A stretch of 64,000 nt of DNA from a bacterium (GCA_021806925.1 JAKAPS010000005.1:80-64079), one strand, 5' to 3'. Positions 1-9,156 are shown, counted from the first letter of the stretch. Program-made: numbers and translations. The notes: a model not told the origin generated them from the sequence alone.

Positions 1-70
1 GGTAAGATTTGTTTAACTTGAGATAAATAAAAAAAAGGTGATATAATCACTAAAGATTTTTTAGTACAAA

Positions 71-529
71 ATGAGTAAACAAAAAAAGGTTAAAAAGACT
101 GCTGTTGATAAGGATAAATTAATAGAATTAGATTCATTTGATGATGCTGATGAGGAACCAAGTGAACCAATTCCAGATGATGTTAAAGAGATAGAGCAGA
201 ATGAGGAAGATATTGTATCAGATGAACAACAACATTCATTAATAGAGGAAACTGGTGAAGATGGTGAATATGATGAAGATGATGATGACGATGATACAAT
301 TCAATCTGGGAGTAAGGTTATTATATGCCCATATTGTTCTGAAGAGATTATACTTATAGAGAATAAGTGCCCTATATGTGGAAATGAAATAGATAAGAAT
401 TCATTAATGGATCCTGATTACACTCAAGAGAATTTCTATAATGATCCATACTATATGAATCCTTACGATGATGATAATACTCCTGAATCGCCAGATAGTT
501 ATCATGATGAAGATGATAGCTTGATTTAA
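71..529 (+). CDS. hypothetical highly acidic protein with a C4 zinc-ribbon (CPYC...CPIC)
   Basis: ORF-track translation is D/E-rich and carries a CxxC-x12-CxxC motif. No family recognised. Confidence 0.35.
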   Translation: MSKQKKVKKTAVDKDKLIELDSFDDADEEPSEPIPDDVKEIEQNEEDIVSDEQQHSLIEETGEDGEYDEDDDDDDTIQSGSKVIICPYCSEEIILIENKCPICGNEIDKNSLMDPDYTQENFYNDPYYMNPYDDDNTPESPDSYHDEDDSLI

Positions 530-566
530 TACTTAAAATATAGTAAATATATAAATATATACACAT

Positions 567-1385
567 ATGAAATACAATATACTAGACAAAGAAGAAACAG
601 ATACAGATATAATAGTCTCAATTTCTCCAGATGAAGCTGAATACGCAAAATTAAAGGATAAAGTTACATTAGAATATAAACAAAAGGCAACCATAACTGG
701 ATTTAGAAAAGGCAAAGCACCTATTCAAATGGTTCTTGATAAATATGAGAAAGATATATTTCTTGATTCATATGAAGTTAATATGCGTAAAGCTCTAGAA
801 TTTTTAGAGGAAAACGGCATAACATCAAAATTTCTTCCTGATTTGCTTGAATATAAGGAAGATAAGATAAAATTAAGGTTTTACAAGGATATCGAAGTTA
901 TTTTACCAGAAAGCTGCATAAAGATTGACAGAGAATTAAATAAATCAGCAATTGAGAAAATTGAAGCACTAACTTTTAAACTTACTGACGATGATGTAGT
1001 AAAATTGATTGATAATATATTATCTCAAATTACATACAGGGTATCAGAATTGTTAATTGACAGATATACTGAAGAAGAATTCTCCGAATCAACACAAAAG
1101 ATTGAAAAATTAGGATTAGTTCTAGCTGACTATATATCATCAATTGGTCTAACAGAAGAACAATATAAGGCAAATATTAGAAAGAAAGTTGTACGTGATA
1201 TTATATTTTCATTTTTCATAAAAGAATATAACAAGAAAAAAAACTTAACAATTAATGATAATATATATAGTGAATTTAAAAAGCACAATTCAATTAAGGT
1301 TCCAATAAAGGAACTTAAAGATAATGTAAATGTCAATTATTATCTTGAAATGTATTTGACATTGAGTGATATAATTAATAAGTAA
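567..1385 (+). CDS. tig: trigger factor, short form with the N-terminal ribosome-binding domain
   Basis: The GFRKGKAP signature of trigger factor is present. The gene sits immediately upstream of clpP, the conserved tig-clpP arrangement. At 272 aa it is shorter than canonical TF (~430 aa). Confidence 0.6.
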   Translation: MKYNILDKEETDTDIIVSISPDEAEYAKLKDKVTLEYKQKATITGFRKGKAPIQMVLDKYEKDIFLDSYEVNMRKALEFLEENGITSKFLPDLLEYKEDKIKLRFYKDIEVILPESCIKIDRELNKSAIEKIEALTFKLTDDDVVKLIDNILSQITYRVSELLIDRYTEEEFSESTQKIEKLGLVLADYISSIGLTEEQYKANIRKKVVRDIIFSFFIKEYNKKKNLTINDNIYSEFKKHNSIKVPIKELKDNVNVNYYLEMYLTLSDIINK

Positions 1386-1390
1386 AGTTT

Positions 1391-2014
1391 ATGCCAATAC
1401 CATACGTTATAGAGAAGACACCAAAGGGAGAAGATAGAGTATATGATCTGTTTTCAAGACTTCTGATGGAAAGATATGTTTTCATATCAGGAGTTGTAAA
1501 TAGTAAAATGGCTGATGTAATTGTTGCTGAACTTCTTTTCCTTCAAAAAGAAGACCCTAGTAAACCTATTACCATATATATTGACTCACCAGGTGGAGAT
1601 ATTTCTGCAGGGTTCGCTATAATAGATGCACTAAACCATATATCATGCCCAATAATAACTGTAGCGTCAGGGCTATGCGCATCAATGGGAGCATTAATAC
1701 TAATGTGTGGAGATAAGGGTAAAAGATATTCACAACCTAATGCAAGCATACTTATACATCAGCCTTTAATGAGTGGTGTACAAGGACAGGCAAGTGATAT
1801 TGAAATAGTTGCAAATGAGATACTAAGGAATAAAGAAAGTATAGAAAAGCTAATCTCAGAAAAAACAGGGCAATCTAAAGAGGAAGTAAAGAAAGCTACC
1901 GATAGAGATAATTGGATGACGCCAAATGAGGCACTTAGTTTTGGTATTATTGATTCAATATTGCCTACTGGAAAAAAAGCAGATGGCAATATTAACAGCA
2001 AACTAAACAAATAA
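1391..2014 (+). CDS. clpP: ATP-dependent Clp protease proteolytic subunit
   Basis: Catalytic Ser context (GLCASMGALIL) and HQP motif are present. Length and overall similarity fit the ClpP family. Confidence 0.9.
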   Translation: MPIPYVIEKTPKGEDRVYDLFSRLLMERYVFISGVVNSKMADVIVAELLFLQKEDPSKPITIYIDSPGGDISAGFAIIDALNHISCPIITVASGLCASMGALILMCGDKGKRYSQPNASILIHQPLMSGVQGQASDIEIVANEILRNKESIEKLISEKTGQSKEEVKKATDRDNWMTPNEALSFGIIDSILPTGKKADGNINSKLNK

Positions 2015-2043
2015 ATAATGTTTAGTTTCATTTAGCTTATTTT

Positions 2044-2118
2044 GGGTTTATAGCTCAGTTTGGTTAGAGCGTTACATTGACATTGTAAAGGTCGCAGGTT
2101 CGAGCCCTGCTAAACCCA
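2044..2118 (+). tRNA. tRNA-Val (anticodon GAC), no encoded CCA
   Basis: Manual cloverleaf: acceptor GGGTTTA/TAAACCC, D-arm GCTC...GAGC, anticodon stem TTACA/TGTAA with loop TTGACAT (U33, GAC, A37), T-arm GCAGG-TTCGAGC-CCTGC, discriminator A. Confidence 0.85.
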
Positions 2119-2156
2119 ATTCTTAAATCCCTTTATATACAGCACTTTTCTTTGAG

Positions 2157-2198
2157 ATGGGAACCATACTTGATACTCACACTTTTGTGAGAGAGGAA
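2157..2198 (-). repeat. inverted, diverged copy of the ~40-bp cassette-junction repeat (R0)
   Basis: The reverse complement CCTCTCTCACAAAAGTGTGAgtatcaagtATGGTTCCCAT shares both flanks (CTCTCAaAAAAGTGTGA and ATGGTTCCCA) with the six direct copies downstream. Confidence 0.6.
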
Positions 2199-2370
2199 AA
2201 GATTGGAATATCTGGTCAAGAGGCACAGAATTTTACAAATCTAAGGGGTTTTGGTATAAATTAAATAAAATCAAGACGGAAAGTAGCGGTTTAGGATTTA
2301 TGCTTAAACAGAGCCTTTTCTTTTTGTTTCCCTTTATTCCCGATAATCTCTAATAAATAATTATAAATCT

Positions 2371-3414
2371 ATGAAGAGCTTAATGTATCCAAATAAACTA
2401 TATCCAAATGATAAAGTTGCAATTCTTTCACCTTCTGCTGGATTGCCGCAGATTTTCCCAGAAGTTTTTGATTTAGGGTTAAAAAGACTTAAAGAGATAT
2501 TTAATCTTGTGCCAGTAGAGTATCCTACAACTAGAGTATTTGGTGCTTCACTTGAGGATAAAGCAAGAGATTTACATAACGCTTTAGAGGACAATGAAAT
2601 AAAGGGAATCATTTGCTCTATTGGAGGAGATGACCAAATAAAACTATTAAAACATCTTAATCCAGAAATAGTTAAAAATAACCCTAAAATGTTCATGGGG
2701 TTTAGTGATGCAACTCATTTTCAATTATATAGATGGAACTTAGACATCGTCTCATACTATGGTGGAGCAATTATGACGCAATTTGGGATGAATGGCGCGA
2801 TGTTTGACTACACGATTGAATCTATTAAGAAAGCTCTATTTGAAGGAGGAGAGTATGAAGTACAGAATGCTCCAGAATTTGCAGATGAAGGGTTAGATTG
2901 GAGAAACCCAGAGCTTCTTAATCAGTACAGAAAACTCTACCCAAATGATGCATGGACATGGGTTAATGAAAATCAGACAATTGATGGTATAACATGGGGT
3001 GGATGCTTAGAAAGTATAGATTTCCAATTAAGAGCTGGAAGGTATATACCAAATGAAGAGGATTTAAAGGATACCATTCTTTTCTTTGAAGCATCAGAAG
3101 AAATACCTGCTGATGATTATGTATACAGAGTATTAGTTGGAATGGGTGAAAGAGGACTCCTAAAACAATTTAAGGCAGTTCTTGTAGGAAGACCTAAAGC
3201 TTGGGAATTTGATAAACCAAACTCACCTGAAGAAAAGATTGAGTATAAGAAAAAACAGCAAGAGGCTATTATGAAAGTAATGCAAGAATATAATCCAAAT
3301 GCCTTAATTGTATTTAATTTGGATTTTGGACATACTGACCCACAATTTATTATGCCAAACGGAGGTAGAGTAAAAGTGGATGGCATAAACAAAAAGATTA
3401 CTTTGTTTTACTAG
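2371..3414 (+). CDS. LD-carboxypeptidase (peptidase S66, muramoyltetrapeptide carboxypeptidase-like)
   Basis: S66 nucleophile motif GFSDAT is present. Length and overall similarity fit the LdcA family. Confidence 0.75.
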   Translation: MKSLMYPNKLYPNDKVAILSPSAGLPQIFPEVFDLGLKRLKEIFNLVPVEYPTTRVFGASLEDKARDLHNALEDNEIKGIICSIGGDDQIKLLKHLNPEIVKNNPKMFMGFSDATHFQLYRWNLDIVSYYGGAIMTQFGMNGAMFDYTIESIKKALFEGGEYEVQNAPEFADEGLDWRNPELLNQYRKLYPNDAWTWVNENQTIDGITWGGCLESIDFQLRAGRYIPNEEDLKDTILFFEASEEIPADDYVYRVLVGMGERGLLKQFKAVLVGRPKAWEFDKPNSPEEKIEYKKKQQEAIMKVMQEYNPNALIVFNLDFGHTDPQFIMPNGGRVKVDGINKKITLFY

Positions 3415-3418
3415 TAAA

Positions 3419-3751
3419 ATGAATATAGAAACACTCAGCAAGGAAATTGAAGCTATTAAAGATAGAAATAAGAAAGTAGAAGCAAATAAGGCATGGGAAA
3501 CAAGCTGGACAAGAAAGGCCTCACTGGTTTTGGTAACTTATATTGTTGTTACGCTTTGCCTTTATGTAATTCATAATTCTCAACCTTTTATAAATGCAAT
3601 TATCCCTTCAGTAGGATTCTTCTTATCAACCCAGTCATTACCCTTTATAAGGGTTTATTGGGAAAAGCACATATACATGAGTCAGGAGAAAACTGACAAA
3701 GATAAATTGAAGAAAGCAAAAAACAAGCAAAAGGCTTATTTACAGGGATAA
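3419..3751 (+). CDS. small membrane protein, hypothetical
   Basis: Two hydrophobic segments and a lysine-rich C-terminus. Confidence 0.35.
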   Translation: MNIETLSKEIEAIKDRNKKVEANKAWETSWTRKASLVLVTYIVVTLCLYVIHNSQPFINAIIPSVGFFLSTQSLPFIRVYWEKHIYMSQEKTDKDKLKKAKNKQKAYLQG

Positions 3752-3812
3752 GTTAGAGTTTTTGAAAGAAATAGAAGAAGGCTCAATGTTCCAATTTTTA
3801 GGTTCTTGTTTT

Positions 3813-3846
3813 AAAAAGGTGTGAACATCATACATGGTTCCCAGTT
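3813..3846 (+). repeat. cassette-junction repeat R1 (core AAAAAGGTGTGAACatCATACATGGTTCCCAGTT)
   Basis: Matches the repeat consensus, with a 2-bp insertion in the palindrome. A second conserved block (TTTTCTTCAAGCTAGAGCATGGACTCACAC) follows at ~3866-3900. Confidence 0.8.
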
Positions 3847-3950
3847 ACTAAAATTTTCGTTATATCTACAACACCTTTTCTTCAAGCTAGAGCATGGACT
3901 CACACTTTTTCCCAAATATGATATAATTTTCGGTATATTACTAATAAAGT

Positions 3951-4379
3951 ATGTTGCAGACTTCTCCTTTCCTTTTGTTTGACGGAAATTGTGCCGAGGC
4001 AATGACATTTTATCATAGATGTTTTGGAGGAGAGTTAACCCTTACCAAGCTAGTTGATACTGAAATGAAAAGTATGTTTCCTCCAGAAAAACATAATAGT
4101 ATCATCAACGCACATTTAAAAAGTGATAAAGTTGAACTATCTGCTACAGATTGGATGGCTTCTCCTGCTTACGAGCCTACATGGGGAGATATTGTTGCAG
4201 TATTTATTCTTGGTGATTCTTATGATGAGTTAAAGGAAGTCTTTGACAAACTTTCACAGGGAGCAAGAAGTGATAGATTTCAAGAGTTACACAGCATGCC
4301 ATTTGGTGTATACGGGCAGTTTTTTGATAAATTTGGAATACATTGGATTTTTAAAGGGGATAAAAACCCAAATCTTTGA
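3951..4379 (+). CDS. VOC/glyoxalase-family protein, PhnB-like
   Basis: N-terminal LFDGNCAEAMTFY motif typical of PhnB-like VOC proteins; ~140 aa. Confidence 0.55.
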   Translation: MLQTSPFLLFDGNCAEAMTFYHRCFGGELTLTKLVDTEMKSMFPPEKHNSIINAHLKSDKVELSATDWMASPAYEPTWGDIVAVFILGDSYDELKEVFDKLSQGARSDRFQELHSMPFGVYGQFFDKFGIHWIFKGDKNPNL

Positions 4380-4406
4380 TATTACTATCTTATTTATTTA
4401 AACGTA

Positions 4407-4649
4407 ATGTCATATAAAACTTATATTGATAACATTCAAGCAAAAACTGGAAAAGACCCTGAGTATTATCTATTGGAAGCTAAAAAAATGGGCTTAACAA
4501 CCCATAAAGAACTGCTTAATTGGTTAAAGGAAGATTGTGGTCTAGGTCACGGACATGCAAATGCCATAATTCTCTATATTCAAAATCCAGAGCTTGGAAA
4601 AAAGAAAATAGCTGAGGATGCGGCAAATGAGGTAAGGAAGAAATCATAA
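4407..4649 (+). CDS. DUF4287 domain protein
   Basis: Pattern Y-x-NI-AKTGK...W-L-K-x-GLGHGHANA matches DUF4287. This family is commonly adjacent to VOC/DUF1801 genes. Confidence 0.55.
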   Translation: MSYKTYIDNIQAKTGKDPEYYLLEAKKMGLTTHKELLNWLKEDCGLGHGHANAIILYIQNPELGKKKIAEDAANEVRKKS

Positions 4650-4671
4650 TTTGAATGAAAATTTACTAAAT

Positions 4672-4712
4672 TTCTTTCAAAAAGGTGTGAACTTCAAACA
4701 TGGTTCCCAGTT
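4672..4712 (+). repeat. cassette-junction repeat R2
   Basis: TTCAAAAAGGTGTGAACTTCAAACATGGTTCCCAGTT. The conserved block 2 follows at 4739-4771. Confidence 0.85.
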
Positions 4713-4801
4713 CTTCAAATAAACCTCTTAAAATAAACATATTTTCTTCAAGATAGAGCGTGGACTCTCACTTTATCATCAGTAGTGATATAATTCGTTA
4801 T

Positions 4802-5281
4802 ATGAATATACATCTGAGTCAAGTTAGAATAGAACAGAAAGAAGTACTTGCTTCTCTATTGCAGCTTTATCTCTATGAGTTTTCTCAATTTACTAATGAA
4901 GAATATAATGAAAAAGGTGTCTATACTTATAAGTACTTTGAACAATACTGGCTTGAGAATAATAGAAAGCCCTTCTTTATAATATCTGATAATAAAATTG
5001 TAGGTTTTGTACTAATTAACTTGGATGACCCTGAGTCAAGTGAACGTGGTATTCACACGATTTCAGAGTTTTTTGTGGCAAAAATTTACAGAAAGCAACA
5101 AATAGGAACAAAAGCAGCTGAGTTAGCATTTAATATGTATAGAGGCAGATGGATTATACGAGAGCTTATCAATAATCTTGGAGCACAAGAATTTTGGCAT
5201 AAAGTGCTAGAGTCGTATACTTCAAATTCCTATAAAGAAAAAGAAGACTCAGGGCATATCATTCAAGAATTTACAAATTAG
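4802..5281 (+). CDS. GNAT-family N-acetyltransferase
   Basis: Acetyl-CoA binding region (...FFVAKIYRKQQIGTKAAELAF...). The ORF-track start at 4760 is a GTG lying inside conserved repeat block 2, so the ATG at 4802 is more plausible. Confidence 0.55.
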   Translation: MNIHLSQVRIEQKEVLASLLQLYLYEFSQFTNEEYNEKGVYTYKYFEQYWLENNRKPFFIISDNKIVGFVLINLDDPESSERGIHTISEFFVAKIYRKQQIGTKAAELAFNMYRGRWIIRELINNLGAQEFWHKVLESYTSNSYKEKEDSGHIIQEFTN

Positions 5282-5301
5282 GAATGAAACCGAGTTGTTG
5301 T

Positions 5302-5337
5302 TTCTCTCAAAAAAGTGTGAACTTCAAACATGGTTCT
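5302..5337 (+). repeat. cassette-junction repeat R3 (3' part diverged or truncated)
   Basis: TTCTCTCAAAAAAGTGTGAACTTCAAACATGGTTC, then unrelated sequence leading into the IS66 insertion. Confidence 0.8.
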
Positions 5338-5446
5338 AGATCTTATAAACTTTACTTCTAGGAACAAGGATTCACTATGAATTTTGCTTTTCAGTTGGCT
5401 AGAATTTATAATAGCTATGTAAGTGCAGGCAATGAAAAAACATGAA

Positions 5447-7028
5447 GTAATGATTCAGGGTTAAGCAGAGGAAGAGGTTAAGGATGAGGTTTTTGTTTAG
5501 GAATGGGTATACGAGAAGCAGCAGTAAGGGTAGTAGCCAAATCGCTGATGAAGGAAGATTTTTTTGCATAGGTTTGGATAATGGATGCAGTAATGCAGCG
5601 ATTTTGAAATCCAGGAAACGAAGCAGATCCAAAGGATATTTTTCGAGCAATGACAATACTTCGCAGTTCTCGCTCAGCCAGATTATTGGTGCCATCAGTA
5701 TAGCTAAATGCTCTGGCTAAGCCTTCAGCTTGGGTAATGAGTCGCTGTTGTAAGTGGTTTGATGCAGTAGTTGCAGCAATAGCATGGATCTGTTGGACTG
5801 ATGCTTGTTGGCAATGGAATAGGTGTGCAAGGCTATGGGCAGCATTCTCATCTTCTAGATAGGCAGAGCGAAGTATATGGCTCCAACAATACAATTGTTT
5901 ATCTTTACCAATGGTATTGGTATAGGCACCATACCCATCATGCATATTGTAGGAAGAAGAATTTCCATACAAGTGTTCAATCTCACCTTTGCCTCGTGAT
6001 ACTCCCGCATGATAGATAGTGGCGGTATTGGAAGCGAATACCCATACCCATACTCTTTGTCCTTTGACGAACCAGCTTGTCTCATCGGAGTAGGTCAGCT
6101 CATCATTTCTGATTGCTTCAAGGAGTGTATCGTATTTCTCTTGTAAATATCCTGCGGCTTGTGCTTCTAATGAACAGATAACTGATGCTACTAGAGCAAG
6201 TCCTTGATAGTGGATATTCATGCATGTAGCAGTAGCATCAATAGAAAGATGGAGTTTGTTTCGAAGGATAAGTACTTGTAAAAAGACATTCAGGCCATAT
6301 TCACTAAAAGGCATACTTTGTTCATCTTTGGCAATGAGCTGTTTGTGGCAATGTGGACAATATTGCCGTTGAGATACAACACACAACTTTTGTGCAGGAG
6401 TTTGCATTGGAATCGTGATTAACAATCGTTGCCTGGTACTAGTTGTTTGAGCAACCTCATTCCCACAATTTGGACAATTCACTAACGGAGCAACTAGTTT
6501 TTGTGGTAATGAGGATAGATCAACTGTTCGATTGATATTTGCATGATGCAACTGTCCTCCTCGTGTTTTAGCTGAGCTTTCCTTTTGCTGATGATTCCCA
6601 TGACCAAACAGATACTCTTGATACACACCATTTTTATGCTCTGCTTTTTTGAGTTCTTGGGCTAGTGCATCTCGTTGCTTGGTCAGATTTGTAATTTGTT
6701 CAGCTTTGAGGTTACTATCTGCCTCAAGTAATGCTAGATGCATTGCTTGCTGCTGGAATTTTTTTTGTAGTTTAGTAAGTCTCATCTTGAGCAGTGCATT
6801 TTCAGCTCGCAGTGGAGCTACTTCTGCTCGAAGTTTCTTAAGTATGCTTATGTAATAGGCAGCTTCTTTATCAGTAGGAAAAATGGTGTGTTTGCTTTGT
6901 TGGCGCCAATTGGTATACATTAGTCTTGTTTAAGAGATTTTGAGGAAGGCATTTGCCTTCCTCATTTATTCTTTCACAGCATCCTCATTCCTTGCAAGCA
7001 CAGCCTCTGGCTAACCCTGAATCATTAC
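5447..7028 (-). mobile_element. IS66-family insertion sequence, tnpC-only type, ~1.58 kb
   Basis: Imperfect ~27-bp terminal inverted repeats start with GTAA: GTAATGATTCAGGGTTAAGCAGAGG at 5447 and its complement ending at 7028. They flank a single transposase ORF. GC content is markedly higher than the surrounding DNA. Confidence 0.75.
5478..6920 (-). CDS. IS66-family transposase (TnpC)
   Basis: N-terminal leucine-zipper/coiled coil, CxxC...CxxC zinc-finger (CPNCGNE...CPHCHKQ), a DDE region (DETSWFV...) and the conserved NNLAERELR motif. Confidence 0.85.
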   Translation of the reverse strand: MYTNWRQQSKHTIFPTDKEAAYYISILKKLRAEVAPLRAENALLKMRLTKLQKKFQQQAMHLALLEADSNLKAEQITNLTKQRDALAQELKKAEHKNGVYQEYLFGHGNHQQKESSAKTRGGQLHHANINRTVDLSSLPQKLVAPLVNCPNCGNEVAQTTSTRQRLLITIPMQTPAQKLCVVSQRQYCPHCHKQLIAKDEQSMPFSEYGLNVFLQVLILRNKLHLSIDATATCMNIHYQGLALVASVICSLEAQAAGYLQEKYDTLLEAIRNDELTYSDETSWFVKGQRVWVWVFASNTATIYHAGVSRGKGEIEHLYGNSSSYNMHDGYGAYTNTIGKDKQLYCWSHILRSAYLEDENAAHSLAHLFHCQQASVQQIHAIAATTASNHLQQRLITQAEGLARAFSYTDGTNNLAERELRSIVIARKISFGSASFPGFQNRCITASIIQTYAKKSSFISDLATTLTAASRIPIPKQKPHP

Positions 7029-7077
7029 TTTTCCTACAAATGATTCTCCTAAAATTTTATGGTATAATATCTATGTT

Positions 7078-7326
7078 ATGAAAGAATCAAAAGTATTAAA
7101 TTTAATAATTTGGCAAGAAGGAAAATTGTATGTGGCTCAGTCACTAGAGTTTGGTATCGCTAGCCAAGGAACTACTTATGATAAGGCTGTTAAGAATATA
7201 AAAGAAGCAATAAAACTATATTTGGAAGAAGATAAAGAAGCGAGGGATGAAGTACAGTATTTTCCTGAAATTAAAGACCTTCACTTTGAACAGGTAAATA
7301 CTCAGTCACTTCAGATTCATGTCTAA
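7078..7326 (+). CDS. hicB: HicB-family antitoxin (UPF0150 N-terminal domain)
   Basis: The N-terminal domain pattern (...GKLYVAQSLEFGIASQGTTYDKAVKNIKEAIKLYLE) matches UPF0150/HicB. It overlaps the downstream hicA by 8 nt. An extended -10 (TGGTATAAT) lies upstream. Confidence 0.7.
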   Translation: MKESKVLNLIIWQEGKLYVAQSLEFGIASQGTTYDKAVKNIKEAIKLYLEEDKEARDEVQYFPEIKDLHFEQVNTQSLQIHV

Positions 7327-7540
7327 TCTATTCTCAGGCAAAGAAGTTGTTAATAGTCTTCTAAAAATTGGCTTTATAGTGGTATCTCAAAAAGGGAGTC
7401 ATGTAAAACTAAAGGGTATATATCATAACCAATCACGAATTGTTATTGTGCCTATGCACAAAGAAATTGCTAAAGGAACCTTTAGGTCAATTCTTCTGCA
7501 ATCTGGTTTGACTTTAGAAGAGTTTAAATCAATTAAATAG
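7319..7540 (+). CDS. hicA: HicA-family mRNA-interferase toxin
   Basis: GSHVKL...IVIVPMH...GTFRSILLQSGL matches the HicA/YcfA fold signature. It is translationally coupled to hicB. Confidence 0.75.
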   Translation: MSNLFSGKEVVNSLLKIGFIVVSQKGSHVKLKGIYHNQSRIVIVPMHKEIAKGTFRSILLQSGLTLEEFKSIK

Positions 7541-7562
7541 CATCTTACCAAGTTACCCCTCC

Positions 7563-7592
7563 TTTCAAAAAAGTGTGACTTCACACATGGTT
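7563..7592 (+). repeat. cassette-junction repeat R4 (1-bp deletion in the palindrome)
   Basis: TTTCAAAAAAGTGTGACTTCACACATGGTT. Lies 23 nt after the hicA stop and 105 nt before the next start. Confidence 0.8.
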
Positions 7593-7696
7593 TAAATATG
7601 TTGGCAATATCCTTACCACTTCAATACTAAACCATCATTTTGATTGCCACCTAATATATAGAGTATAATTCTCATGGAACGATATGTTGAGTAGAT

Positions 7697-8190
7697 ATGA
7701 ATAATTATGCCTTTATAGATAGTCAAAACCTTAATTTAGCAATAAGAGACCAAGGATGGAAGCTTGACTTTGCTAGATTTAAAGAGTATTTGCGAGCAAA
7801 ATATGGAGTAACAAAATGCTTTCTCTTTATTGGGTATGTTCCGGATAATCAAAGAATGTATACTGCTTTACAAAAACTGGGTTATGTAATTATCTTTAAG
7901 CCGACACTTATGCAGTAAGGAGTTATCAAAGGGAATTGTGATGCCGAGTTAGTGCTTCATGCAATTATAGAATACTCAAACTATAAACAAGCTGTTATTG
8001 TCTCAGGTGATGGAGATTTCTTTTGTTTAATTGATTATCTAAAAAGCCAAGGAAATTGGCAGCATTATTAAATCCAAACCAAAGATTTTATAGTTCATTA
8101 TTAAGAAAAATAGGGAATGAGCATCTAAAGTTTATGAACAACCTTAAAAAGAAGCTTGAATACAAACTAAAAGAAAAGGCACTTAATTAA
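7697..8190 (+). pseudogene. NYN-domain (LabA-like) gene, decayed
   Basis: The collinear NYN sequence (MNNYAFIDSQN...IGYVPDNQ...KGNCDAELVLHAI...VSGDGDFFCLIDYLKSQ...YSSLLRKIGNEHLKFMNNLKKKLEYK) is interrupted by an in-frame TAA at 7916-7918. A -1 frameshift after ...YLKSQ is consistent with loss of one A in GGAAAATTGG. Confidence 0.7.
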
Positions 8191-8307
8191 GCATTTATAA
8201 CTTAAAAAGCTCCTTTTCATCTTAATTCAGTTTGAATTATACCAAATCGCCTATATTTTGTAAAATTCTGCTAATTTTCAGGATATTTACCTGCTTGTTC
8301 TTTTTTT

Positions 8308-8342
8308 AAGAAAGTGTGAACTTCACACATGGTTCCCAGTTT
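8308..8342 (+). repeat. cassette-junction repeat R5 (perfect palindrome GTGTGAAcTTCACAC)
   Basis: AAGAAAGTGTGAACTTCACACATGGTTCCCAGTT. Block 2 follows at ~8363-8395. Confidence 0.85.
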
Positions 8343-8444
8343 ATAAGATTACCTCTTTAAATCAATATTTTCTTCAAGGTAGAACAAAGATTCTCATTTT
8401 TTTCTATGAAATGCTATACTGATATGAAGTTCAAATAATGTAAT

Positions 8445-9149
8445 ATGAGAATAGCAGTTATTGCAGATTCACATGCCAATGTAATTGCCCTTGAAAAAGT
8501 TCTTTCTGAAATAAAAACAAAAGGTTATGATATGGTTTACCATTTAGGTGACAGCATTAACCTCGGTCCATTTCCCAAAGAAACTGTTGAAATGCTTTTA
8601 GATTTCCCTAACATGAATTTCATTCTGGGAGACCATGATATGCGTTATTTAAATGATTTAGAAGGGTTTATTCCAAAAGTTGAAGGAGCAGTAGAACATT
8701 ATAATTGGAGTCACTCTATGTTAACTCCTATGCTTAAAGATAGAATAAATCAGTGGCCATTTGTACAACATAAGCAATTCAATAACCTTAATATTTCATT
8801 TGTCCATTATGGGTTAAATGAAGAAGAAAATGATTTTTTACCAATTGTTTATGAACCTAAAATAGAAAACTTAGATAGTTATTTTGATAAGTACAAAAGT
8901 GATTTAGTTTTTTATGGACATACCCATAAAATACAAAATGCCTTTGGACATAAACATTATTTAAATCCCGGTGCGGTAGGTGTGAATAATAAAGCACATA
9001 TTCCGTATCTATTATTAGATATTCAGGATGATGGAACATACCAAGTAACACAGTATCAAATCCCCTATAATATTGAACCAGTGCTAAAAGCATTTCATGA
9101 CAGGAATGTCCCAAATAGGGAACAAATAATTAACATATTTTATCAATAA
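8445..9149 (+). CDS. metallophosphoesterase (calcineurin-like phosphoesterase, YfcE-like)
   Basis: Motifs IAVIADSHAN, GD, GDHD and GHTH match the conserved metallophosphoesterase signatures. Confidence 0.8.
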   Translation: MRIAVIADSHANVIALEKVLSEIKTKGYDMVYHLGDSINLGPFPKETVEMLLDFPNMNFILGDHDMRYLNDLEGFIPKVEGAVEHYNWSHSMLTPMLKDRINQWPFVQHKQFNNLNISFVHYGLNEEENDFLPIVYEPKIENLDSYFDKYKSDLVFYGHTHKIQNAFGHKHYLNPGAVGVNNKAHIPYLLLDIQDDGTYQVTQYQIPYNIEPVLKAFHDRNVPNREQIINIFYQ

Positions 9150-9156
9150 ACATTTC

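Noticed and set aside
372-2031. Antisense or overlapping ORFs in the track (e.g. 372-566-, 533-715-, 1130-1336-, 1543-1749-, 1759-2031-, and many similar 60-120-aa ORFs inside larger genes)
   Set aside because: They lie entirely within, and antisense to, well-supported genes and have low-complexity I/L/F/S-rich translations typical of AT-rich noise.
4681-4700. Palindrome GTGTGAAcTTCACAC as a CRP/FNR-type site, or as a rho-independent terminator for the plus-strand genes
   Set aside because: The TGTGA/TCACA half-sites are separated by 3 nt rather than the 6 of CRP sites. On the plus strand the hairpin is preceded by an A-run and not followed by a T-tract, so it would only look terminator-like for minus-strand transcripts.
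5399-5720. ORFs 5399-5695(-) and 5484-5720(+) overlapping the IS66 transposase 3' region
   Set aside because: They are fully contained in the IS element and overlap the well-supported transposase frame, with no domain signal.
7916-7918. In-frame TAA in the NYN gene as stop-codon readthrough or recoding
   Set aside because: It is accompanied by an independent frameshift in the same gene, and there is no such signal elsewhere. Simple pseudogenisation is more parsimonious.
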